The position numbers and the translations under genes were made by a program. The notes beneath the pieces were generated by a model, which ran no database searches, was not told the DNA's origin, and saw nothing but the letters and a program-made list of their open reading frames with translations. From Spirochaetaceae bacterium (GTDB taxonomy: Bacteria; Spirochaetota; Spirochaetia; DSM-2461), in contig JAOPTT010000002.1 in NCBI GenBank assembly GCA_051531975.1, forward strand, positions 57,938 through 121,937: a stretch of DNA of 64,000 nucleotides, written 5' to 3'. Within the stretch, counting starts at the first letter, position 1; each line of letters opens with the position of its first letter. This document shows, one piece after another, positions 48,468 to 57,168 of the stretch.

Positions 48468-49670
48468 ATGAAACGAAACTTTTTATTGATATTTATTATT
48501 TTAATTTCCACTTTAACTTTCTCTAAAGAAAAAAAAGTTAATCCAGATAATGCAATAATATATTTGGCTACAATCGGCCCTGGAGACGAACTATTTTTAA
48601 GATGGGGACATTTTGCAATTATAGTTGATTATGAAAACAGAAAAGACATACTTTTTGATTATGGAAACTTCTCCTTTGCTAAAGATGACTTTTTAACCCA
48701 ATTTATTCGAGGTATAATGATATATTCTAAGAATAGAAAGGATGCTGATAATGAAATAGGTTGGTATGTTCATGATAACAGATCAGTAACATTACAAGAG
48801 TTAAACTTAACCCCGGAACAGGTAGATATCAGTATAAGAAAACTATATATTGATGTCAGAGAAGAAAACAAATATTATCAGTATGATCATTATTATAATA
48901 ATTGTGTTAGCCAAATGAGCGACTTTTTAGATTACCTTACAGATGGTGCGTTTTACAAAGATACCGAGGTTTTAACAGATAGAAGTTTTAGAGATCTTTC
49001 TAGAGATTATGTAAATAGTAACTACCTAAATAATATTTTTATTACGTTTCTACTTGGTTCTAAAGTAGAACACAATATTACAGAAAAAGAGGGCATGTTT
49101 TTACCTGATTATACTAAAAATCGCGCAAATAATGTCTTAATACCTGATGGAAATGGTGGTCTAAAACCTCTGATTAAAGAGGAAATATTAATATATAAAA
49201 GTGAAGATAGAGACCCTGTGATAGTTAACTCAAAACCAAGAATAATTGAATCAATAATAATAGGACTGTTATTAACTGGGATTACATTTGTACTTAGCCG
49301 ATATAAACTTGTTTACTCAATTTCAAACACTGTTGTAGGTCTATTTGGTGGAATAACCGGATCTATACTGTTTTTTATGGCATTTTTTACTGGCCACTAT
49401 TACATACATAATAACTGGAATCTAATCCTAGTAAACCCGCTAACTTTTATGTTATTTATAGGTGGAATTTTAAGATTAACTAAAAAATTAAAATCAACTG
49501 GAGACAAAATAATAAAGTTATATATTAATGGTAGTTTGTTTCTTATTATTGGAATGTTAATATTTAAAGCTTTAGGGTTAATCAAACAGGATAACGGTGA
49601 GATTATTGCCCTAATAGCTCCAATATTTTTAGTTAGTTATTTAATTAGGAAGAGAAGTAAGGTTATCTAA
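48468..49670 (+). CDS. lnb: DUF4105/Lnb-like lipoprotein N-acyltransferase
   Basis: T.GPG.E....GH.AI, FDYG.F.F, Y.YD....NC, FLP, five C-terminal TM helices with N.N....NP. Confidence 0.75.
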   Translation: MKRNFLLIFIILISTLTFSKEKKVNPDNAIIYLATIGPGDELFLRWGHFAIIVDYENRKDILFDYGNFSFAKDDFLTQFIRGIMIYSKNRKDADNEIGWYVHDNRSVTLQELNLTPEQVDISIRKLYIDVREENKYYQYDHYYNNCVSQMSDFLDYLTDGAFYKDTEVLTDRSFRDLSRDYVNSNYLNNIFITFLLGSKVEHNITEKEGMFLPDYTKNRANNVLIPDGNGGLKPLIKEEILIYKSEDRDPVIVNSKPRIIESIIIGLLLTGITFVLSRYKLVYSISNTVVGLFGGITGSILFFMAFFTGHYYIHNNWNLILVNPLTFMLFIGGILRLTKKLKSTGDKIIKLYINGSLFLIIGMLIFKALGLIKQDNGEIIALIAPIFLVSYLIRKRSKVI

Positions 49671-52589
49671 TAGACCTTCTAATTTTTCTCCAGCCTTTTT
49701 AAGTTCATCTTCAGATGAGAGTATAACTGTTGAGACTTCATCAAAATGGTGAAGAACTACAGCTGCAAAGTCCATTAACTTCTGGGGCGTTACTGCCATT
49801 AAATATGCTCTTTTATCTTTTCTAACTCTGTCTGTTATACCTAAAAGTATACGCCTAACTCCAATTATAGATTTCTCTACAGGGGTTAAAGGTTTTAGCT
49901 CTTTACCTATTACACTAATCAGTGCTAAATCAATCTGATTCTGGGTTATATGCCCTGCAGCAATCCACTCTAAACTCTGTTTAAAATGCTCTATTGTTTC
50001 TACGATATTAGGGTCTCGGTATGATCCAAAAGTGATAGAACCATCTAGGCCAGATGGAGATGCAAATACACCATACGCTCCACCTTTCATTCTAACGTTT
50101 TCCCAAAGATATCCTGTTTTTAAGATGTAACATAATATAGCACTTGAGCAATATTCTTCGCTTCCTAAATAAGCAGCTTTAACCGTAACTCCAGTATAAG
50201 AAACTTTACTATTTCCAACTAAACCTTCGATATCAGTATCTAAATCATAATGTTCTACAGGGTGTATAAAACCATGCCCATCAGGAAGAGAATCTATTAC
50301 TTCTTTAAAAGAATTCTCTAATACATCTCTATATTTATCATCTGTAGAACTATGGAAAAATAGACCTTGTTTAGTTAACAGTTCTTTTTTAATAGAGTCT
50401 AATATAACTGCAACTTCTTTTAGCTTTTCTTCATCTTCAAAACTATTAACTAAATCATCTAGAAAAATAGCTGCAGTTACACCGTACCAACTCTCTTCAC
50501 GGCATGAAGACAGTGAGTATTTTCTTGCGGATCGTAGACCAGCATAGGATGAGCCATTAGCTACAAGGGAAGTTTTTAAATCGTTTCGTAGTTCTGTAAT
50601 CACACTTTTTAGACGTTTATAGTCGTGGAAATCAACCTTCGATAAAAAGTCTACGATTATTTTAAAAGCATCAGGAATAAGGTGTTCTAAAACCTTACCT
50701 CTTATATAAAGAAACTCGTTATAACTGTCTGGGTTACCATCTTTTAATGTATTAGAGGTCTCCATTGAGGCCCCTAAACCACCAAGATTTAGAGAAACTA
50801 ATTTTGATACCTCATCGTATGATGCATCAGTAAAACCAGCCCCAGTAAACATTCTAGTAAAAATTAACATATAGTCAAAAAAGTATTTATCTAGATACTC
50901 CATATTAAAACCTAAACCAAAATAGACTACGCCATTAGTATATAAGTCAGTTTTATAATAGTCGAAACCATGTAAATCGACCTTTTTTGTATCTATTTCA
51001 GTAATCTCAGATGGAATATCATCACGGGTTAACCTAGGAAGAGAGTTTAATGCCTCTTTTGAGTCTGGTTTGCTCTGGTATACTTCTAATGAACTATTTT
51101 GATTTTTAATCTGGTTTATTTTATCTGAATTAAAGCTATCCTTTAGATTTTTTAATTCTAAATCTAGTTCTGCCTTTTCCCGTGTAGTCTCTTCTGAACT
51201 TGGTTCAATAACAATATCTGCACGGTGTTGGTTATCTAACAAATACTTCTGAATTAAATTTTCAAAATAGTTAGGCTCCCCAGATTTTTTACGTATTAAA
51301 GTCATCCATTTCTCAAACTCAAGAGTTTTTAATACATGCTGCCCACGTAACCAACCTCGAATAACCTTACGCATTAATCTAAGACCTAATGAACTTTGTA
51401 TTTCTCGGTTTCTAAATTCAATGCCTCTAAGAGCACCTTCTATTAGATCTTTATTAAGACCATCTTTTACGACCTTAGTTAACGTATCAAATACTACAGA
51501 TCTAAACTTATCTATATCCTTAGCTGATGCTCCTCGAACTCCAACTGTATATATAAAATTTTCAAGTTCATTTTCTAATCCGGAAGCGTTTGATAAGTCA
51601 TCCCAGGATTTGTTATCAACTAAAGCTTTATGTAATGGAGCGGCACTGCTTCCAATAAGTATTCTATTTAATATCTCAAGGGCTAAAGCCTCTTCTGGAG
51701 AACTTGTATCAAATAGTTTCCAACTAATAAGTAGATCAGAACCTCTATTATCCTCTTCTAAGGCTGGTGTAAATCGGTGAAAGCTTTGGGGTTTAACCCA
51801 AACTTCTTCCTCTTTAGGAATTGTAATAGCTGTAGCTTCAGGAAATTCTGTTAAAAACTTATTATCTAAAAACTCTAATGTCTTATCCGTAGGAATATCA
51901 CCATAGAGATAAACGTAACAGTTTGAAGGTGTATACCATTTTTTATGAAAGTCTAAAAACTCATCATATGTTAGTGTTGGTATTGTCTTAGGATCACCTC
52001 CTGAATCATGGGTATAAGTTCCATGAGTATAAAGTGATTTGACAGACATCTCTTGAACAATCGAGTCGTGGGAGCTATAGACTCCCTTCATTTCATTATA
52101 TACAACACCGGAGTAATAGAGATTCCCTTCCTCGTTTATACATGTTCTAAAACCCTCTTGTAAAAAAGTCTCTTTTGTTAACTTTGGGAAAAAAACAGCA
52201 TCTGCATATACTGACATAAGATTAAAAAAATCTTTTTCTAATACTGATGATGCAGGATATGCTGTTTTATCAGGAAATGTAAAAGCATTTAAAAATGTAT
52301 TAACACTACCAGTCATCATAGCCTGAAAAGGATCTTTTAAGTCATAAAGCCTAGACCCACTTAAAACTGAGTGCTCTATTATATGTGGAATTCCATTACT
52401 GCTAGTTATAGGAGTATTAAAAGAAAATGAGAAAGTATTTTCTGGATCATTATTATGTATATGAAAAAGTCTTAATCCTGTTTTTAGATGAAGATACTCA
52501 TAACCATTACTCTGATATTCATTTAAATCTGAAATTTCTATTAATTTAAAACCATTATTAATGGTACCGATTTTTTTGTTATTTTTCAA
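49641..52589 (-). CDS. M16C (insulinase/PreP-like) zinc metallopeptidase
   Basis: HIIEHSVL.GS, FLNAFTFPDKT.YP, GVVYNEMKG, R.KGGAYG, SYRDP; TTG start. Confidence 0.95.
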   Translation of the reverse strand: MKNNKKIGTINNGFKLIEISDLNEYQSNGYEYLHLKTGLRLFHIHNNDPENTFSFSFNTPITSSNGIPHIIEHSVLSGSRLYDLKDPFQAMMTGSVNTFLNAFTFPDKTAYPASSVLEKDFFNLMSVYADAVFFPKLTKETFLQEGFRTCINEEGNLYYSGVVYNEMKGVYSSHDSIVQEMSVKSLYTHGTYTHDSGGDPKTIPTLTYDEFLDFHKKWYTPSNCYVYLYGDIPTDKTLEFLDNKFLTEFPEATAITIPKEEEVWVKPQSFHRFTPALEEDNRGSDLLISWKLFDTSSPEEALALEILNRILIGSSAAPLHKALVDNKSWDDLSNASGLENELENFIYTVGVRGASAKDIDKFRSVVFDTLTKVVKDGLNKDLIEGALRGIEFRNREIQSSLGLRLMRKVIRGWLRGQHVLKTLEFEKWMTLIRKKSGEPNYFENLIQKYLLDNQHRADIVIEPSSEETTREKAELDLELKNLKDSFNSDKINQIKNQNSSLEVYQSKPDSKEALNSLPRLTRDDIPSEITEIDTKKVDLHGFDYYKTDLYTNGVVYFGLGFNMEYLDKYFFDYMLIFTRMFTGAGFTDASYDEVSKLVSLNLGGLGASMETSNTLKDGNPDSYNEFLYIRGKVLEHLIPDAFKIIVDFLSKVDFHDYKRLKSVITELRNDLKTSLVANGSSYAGLRSARKYSLSSCREESWYGVTAAIFLDDLVNSFEDEEKLKEVAVILDSIKKELLTKQGLFFHSSTDDKYRDVLENSFKEVIDSLPDGHGFIHPVEHYDLDTDIEGLVGNSKVSYTGVTVKAAYLGSEEYCSSAILCYILKTGYLWENVRMKGGAYGVFASPSGLDGSITFGSYRDPNIVETIEHFKQSLEWIAAGHITQNQIDLALISVIGKELKPLTPVEKSIIGVRRILLGITDRVRKDKRAYLMAVTPQKLMDFAAVVLHHFDEVSTVILSSEDELKKAGEKLEGLLDNLTSLPN

Positions 52590-52608
52590 TTTTTTAATCT
52601 CCGTTGAT

Positions 52609-52995
52609 TTAAGACTCTAAGCTATTAACCCACTTAGAATAGGCACCAAAAGCAATAACATTAAAATAACCAAGTTCACTTAAAACTTCGGCGGCTTTAA
52701 TACTAGAACGTTTTGTATACCCATATACAATCATTATAGTGAATAGATTCTCGGAAGGCAAATTTCCTTCTATAGAATAATAGGGAACATTTAAAGATGA
52801 CTCGATATGTCCTTTATCAAAATCTTGGGAATCCCTTGAATCCACAAGGCAGTACTCGATCTCCTTGGACTCTATGAGGTTTCTTAAAATAGTAGGATCA
52901 GTATATCTTTCATCACTAAATCCAGTTTCGGTATATTCAACTTTATAAAAAAATGAAGATAACCTTCTGGAAATTTTCTGAATAACAGTAGTCAT
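52609..52995 (-). CDS. Rhodanese-like domain protein (no catalytic Cys)
   Basis: LVDSR...F..GHI.SSLNVP; IVYG in place of IVYC; LGY.NV...G....W. Confidence 0.85.
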   Translation of the reverse strand: MTTVIQKISRRLSSFFYKVEYTETGFSDERYTDPTILRNLIESKEIEYCLVDSRDSQDFDKGHIESSLNVPYYSIEGNLPSENLFTIMIVYGYTKRSSIKAAEVLSELGYFNVIAFGAYSKWVNSLES

Positions 52996-53021
52996 ATAGG
53001 GATTTTACCACACTATTTTAC

Positions 53022-53062
53022 AAAAAAAAAGACTGTATCAGAAAAACTGAACAGTCATTTTT
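53022..53062 (-). terminator. Rho-independent terminator after rpsU
   Basis: GACTGT-A-TCAG-AAAAA-CTGA-ACAGTC with A9 on the left (the U-tract on the minus strand). Confidence 0.85.
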
Positions 53063-53272
53063 TTAGTAATTCTTGGTACCTTGTATCTTTCGAAGCTTTT
53101 TAGCTTGCTTTCTTACAAGAGCTTTTCTTTTACGATGGTTAATCGTAGAAGGCTTTTCAAAGTATTCTCGACGTTTATATTCTCGAACAATACCTTCCTT
53201 TTCAACAAGTCTTTTAAAACGCTTTAACGCTTTTTCTAATAACTCGTCGTCATGAACCCTAATGTTGGCGAT
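53063..53272 (-). CDS. rpsU: 30S ribosomal protein S21
   Basis: [27 protein letters not shown]. The start is either ATC 53272 (preferred, see findings) or GTG 53281. Confidence 0.97.
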   Translation of the reverse strand: MANIRVHDDELLEKALKRFKRLVEKEGIVREYKRREYFEKPSTINHRKRKALVRKQAKKLRKIQGTKNY

Positions 53273-53277
53273 AGAAA

Positions 53278-54237
53278 TCACCCCCCTCTTTTGTTATTTG
53301 TAGTGTTAATCATATTCAAAATAAGTTTTTTGTCAATAAGTTCTTTCTCAATAAATAGCATTACATTCACTGGTACAGTGGAAAATCTAATCTCCCAATG
53401 TAGGTGTGGTCCAGTAGAGAATCCTGTGGTCCCAACTTCACCTATTTTATCACCTCTTAATACCATTTGCCCCTTTTCTACATTCAAAGAATCCATGTGG
53501 TAATATACTGACTTTACCCCAGGAAGATGCTCTATAACTACAGTATTTCCAGTGATAATTCTCTCTTCTGCTAACAGTACTAAACCTATACCATCGCTTA
53601 CTACAGGAGTACCTGTTTTTATTGCTAGATCTTCACCTTTATGAACAGATGTTGAATTTTTACCATTTGGATATATTGTCTCTCTAAGAAATCCATAGGC
53701 AGATGAGTGCCTTCCACCATTAACAGGTTTTGTAAGTTTTCCATCTTCGTATAAATTATACTTAGTAAAACTACTAAATGCTTCCCAAAGACTTTTAGAT
53801 TGAATATCTCTTTTAGGATCTTTAGGACCATTAATAATAGTGTTCATTTTTTTATTAGCTTTTAAAACAGTCTTAGGGTAATCAATAGCTTTAACTATAA
53901 ATTCATCTTCTATTTCAAAATCATGTAGTTGACTGCTTCCTTTTGCAATTACAGTATATTTACCAATTGGTAAGTTAGAAGGTATTCCACCTAATCCAAG
54001 TAATATAAGACTGTTTTTCTCCATTAAATAATAATCGAAGCCATATATATCTAATATTTTTTTACCTTTATCATTATAAATTGTAAAGGTGCAATCAACA
54101 TGGTTCTTAATAGGAGTAATTATAAATGTTATTGGTTCTCCTTGAAACACCTCTTTCTGAGTAATAAATTCAATACTATATATCTGGGCTGTTAAAAGCA
54201 GTATTAGAGAGATAAAAACTTTTTTCATGGAACTCAC
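53278..54237 (-). CDS. M23 family metallopeptidase
   Basis: HKGED (HxxxD), [24 protein letters not shown]; signal peptide. Confidence 0.93.
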   Translation of the reverse strand: MSSMKKVFISLILLLTAQIYSIEFITQKEVFQGEPITFIITPIKNHVDCTFTIYNDKGKKILDIYGFDYYLMEKNSLILLGLGGIPSNLPIGKYTVIAKGSSQLHDFEIEDEFIVKAIDYPKTVLKANKKMNTIINGPKDPKRDIQSKSLWEAFSSFTKYNLYEDGKLTKPVNGGRHSSAYGFLRETIYPNGKNSTSVHKGEDLAIKTGTPVVSDGIGLVLLAEERIITGNTVVIEHLPGVKSVYYHMDSLNVEKGQMVLRGDKIGEVGTTGFSTGPHLHWEIRFSTVPVNVMLFIEKELIDKKLILNMINTTNNKRGG

Positions 54238-56357
54238 TTCATAATATCTAAAATATTTAATTGTAGAGTCTGATTTCCACCATAAAAGTTTCTTTCCACT
54301 CTATAAGCGATATTAACAATATCCTGTTTTGTAAAATCAACACCTACCCTATCTGCACTATTCCAAAATATAGCTGGCCACTTTAATTCACCAATTTCTA
54401 TTAGTAATTTAAGGTGTTTTTTCTCACCTTTACCCATGAAATTAATATCAACTAACTTTACAGCTTTTGTAACAAAGTTAAGTGGTTTATTACCCTCACC
54501 ATATGGTTCAAAACTATCACATACATCAATTATGTTTAGATCCAGATAATTACTAGGAATAGTTGCATCAATTTTTAATATATTCTCTTTTTTAGGTCTC
54601 TTTTCAATTATTGAACCATTTTTTATTAGTTTTAATAGTGATCTTCTAAAGGTTTCTAAATCTTTGTACTTTAAAGAAAACCCTGCAGCACACTTATGGC
54701 CACCCCACTCAATAAGAACAGAACTATTTTCTTGGAATAGTTTATCAATATTAAGTTCACCTGAGGACCTTATGGAACCTGTAATATAGTCCCCCTCTTT
54801 AGCAACAATAATTGCTGGGACATTAAAAATATTCTGTGTCCTAGATGCTATTATACCAGTTACACCCTTAACCATATTAGGATCATATAAAAATATAACT
54901 TTTTCGTGAAACTCCTGGAGAGAGTTATGTAATTCAGGATATACACTGTTCCATAATGTATCTGATATATTCCGGCGTTCTTTATTAAGGGCTAAAATAT
55001 CAAGGGTAAGTTTATGTTTAAGATCACTTACTTCCCCTAATAGTAAGTCAACAGCAATATTTGCCTTTTTCATTCTACCAGCAGAATTGATAATTGGTGC
55101 AATACTCCAGGAAATATCCTTACTTGTAATATCTTTACCTAGTATATTTTGCTTTAAAAGTAGAGCTTGTAGGCCTTCTCTTTTAGTTTTAGTTAGTTTC
55201 TCTAAACCTTTTTTTACTAATATTCTATTTTCATCTTTTAACGGCATAAGATCCGCAACAGTTCCAAGAGCTACAAGATCTAATGTATTTTCAAATAATA
55301 TAAATTCATCAGTGTATCTTTTCTCTATATATGTAGTAAAAAGACTAACGATCAGATCGATCTGTCTGAATTCCTCAGTTGTATAGAGTTTCATTTTACT
55401 ATGGGTTATTAGGTTATTTAATGGTTGCCCTATAATACTTGGCAAAATTCTTTCTACTTCAGGTTTTATATCAATAACATTTATATCTGTACTACTTCCT
55501 AAAACCTGGGCAATTAGTTTTTTTTGCTCATCTTCCCCATAAACTAAAATTTGCTCCCCTCGTAAAAAGTCTATTAATTTAGTTACAGCAGTTTGTCCAT
55601 CATCATTAAACTCAAGATCTAAACTGTTGGTTTTAACAAGGTTATGAAGCTTTACACATGATATAACTAAAACATCATTAATAGTTTCTGCATGTAAAAA
55701 ACATAATGAAGATTTATATAAAGTATCGATTAGAGAGAATGCTAAAGCCCATACTACTTTTGAAACAACACCACAGGCGGCAAGCCCATTAAAAACATAC
55801 CCGGAACCTTCTACTTTTGGATTTATTATAAAGTTAGCATCAGGAAGTTTACCATCCCTTGGAATATGATGATCAATTATTATTACATCGATACCAAGTT
55901 CTCTCGCTTTAGCTATAGATTCAAATGCTGAAATTCCACAATCTACTGTTAAAATCAGGGATATATCACTGTCATAAGCCTCTTGTACCACATCGGTAGA
56001 CAGGCCATAACTATCATCCCCCATAGGGACTTTCCAGCTTAAATCTAACTCTAAGACCTTAAGGCTTTCGTATAACAAAACAGTACTTGTTACACCGTCT
56101 ACATCTTTATCCCCAAAAACAAGGACCTTCTCACCTTCGTCTTTTGCCATATGTAATCGGTCTATAACATCTTCCATATCTTTGAACTGGAATGGATTAT
56201 GTAAAAACCTTATATCGTCTTCTAAATAATATTTTATTTCAGCTGGAGTTGTTATTCCACGTCTATATAGTATTGATGCAGGTAGAGAGTCAATTCTGTA
56301 TTTTTGACTAAGTTCTCTAATTGCCTGTTTATCTACTTCTGTTTTTTCCCAAATCAT
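54234..56357 (-). CDS. recJ: Single-stranded-DNA exonuclease RecJ (with internal insertion)
   Basis: GDKDVDG, TVDCG, DHH, GTVADLMPL..ENR, GGH..AAG, EPYGEGN. Confidence 0.95.
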   Translation of the reverse strand: MIWEKTEVDKQAIRELSQKYRIDSLPASILYRRGITTPAEIKYYLEDDIRFLHNPFQFKDMEDVIDRLHMAKDEGEKVLVFGDKDVDGVTSTVLLYESLKVLELDLSWKVPMGDDSYGLSTDVVQEAYDSDISLILTVDCGISAFESIAKARELGIDVIIIDHHIPRDGKLPDANFIINPKVEGSGYVFNGLAACGVVSKVVWALAFSLIDTLYKSSLCFLHAETINDVLVISCVKLHNLVKTNSLDLEFNDDGQTAVTKLIDFLRGEQILVYGEDEQKKLIAQVLGSSTDINVIDIKPEVERILPSIIGQPLNNLITHSKMKLYTTEEFRQIDLIVSLFTTYIEKRYTDEFILFENTLDLVALGTVADLMPLKDENRILVKKGLEKLTKTKREGLQALLLKQNILGKDITSKDISWSIAPIINSAGRMKKANIAVDLLLGEVSDLKHKLTLDILALNKERRNISDTLWNSVYPELHNSLQEFHEKVIFLYDPNMVKGVTGIIASRTQNIFNVPAIIVAKEGDYITGSIRSSGELNIDKLFQENSSVLIEWGGHKCAAGFSLKYKDLETFRRSLLKLIKNGSIIEKRPKKENILKIDATIPSNYLDLNIIDVCDSFEPYGEGNKPLNFVTKAVKLVDINFMGKGEKKHLKLLIEIGELKWPAIFWNSADRVGVDFTKQDIVNIAYRVERNFYGGNQTLQLNILDIMK

Positions 56358-56361
56358 AGTG

Positions 56362-57096
56362 CTATATTAAACCATCTGAGGAATTTAAAGTCAAAAGCTT
56401 TCCACCACAATAAACTTTTATTAATTGTAAAAAATAACTCTTTAGCTCTTTAATAGAGTTTTCTTCTAAACCTATTTTTATTGCTTTATCCATTGGCATA
56501 GAGACTGTTTTTTGGCAATAGACAGCCATACCTGGGTTAATTTCATATATTTTAGGACCAGTTACACATCGAAAACATAATAACTCATCTTGACCATTAT
56601 AATAGAGAGATTCTTTGATAATATCCTTTTCGCATTTTGCACAATGTGTAAATGAAGGTAATAGTCCTCCAGTTTCAAAAAGTCTTAATATAAATTGAAT
56701 AATTACAGTTCTGTGATTTTTTGCATATTGTAGGCAATATAGGGCTTGTTTTAGAAGTAAAAAGACTCCCTCACTGCCCTGGGTTTTTAGTATAATTTCA
56801 TTAAAAAGTGAGGCTGTATAAAAATTTTCTATAGATAGTTGAATGTCCTGGTTAAACTGGGTAACATCAACCTCTTTTGCTCTATAAAATTCTTTTACAG
56901 GATCGTAATAGAGGTCCCATTTTGATACAGCAAAAGGCATTGTTCCACTAAAAAGCTTATTTTTAGGTTTAACAGCTCCAAATGCCATAATAAACAGAAC
57001 TTCATCGGATTCTGTTAATATAGTAACACCTACATTATTATCACCTATTTTAAGTTTTTTTAGAGTTATTGCCTCGATTTTAATATTTCTTTCCAT
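56362..57096 (-). CDS. recO: DNA repair protein RecO
   Basis: OB-fold N-terminus (A.GA.KPK), CAKC...CFRC zinc site; upstream of recJ. Confidence 0.88.
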   Translation of the reverse strand: MERNIKIEAITLKKLKIGDNNVGVTILTESDEVLFIMAFGAVKPKNKLFSGTMPFAVSKWDLYYDPVKEFYRAKEVDVTQFNQDIQLSIENFYTASLFNEIILKTQGSEGVFLLLKQALYCLQYAKNHRTVIIQFILRLFETGGLLPSFTHCAKCEKDIIKESLYYNGQDELLCFRCVTGPKIYEINPGMAVYCQKTVSMPMDKAIKIGLEENSIKELKSYFLQLIKVYCGGKLLTLNSSDGLI

Positions 57097-57168
57097 ATTT
57101 TCCTTGCTGTTGTGACCTTTTCTTACTACCTTATAATAAGATACATAGTATATATAAGGAATAATATA

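Noticed and set aside
57112..57168. GTG start and N-terminal extension of Lon given by the track
   Set aside because: It overlaps the divergent recO/lon promoter region; ATG 57169 has a proper AAGGA SD.
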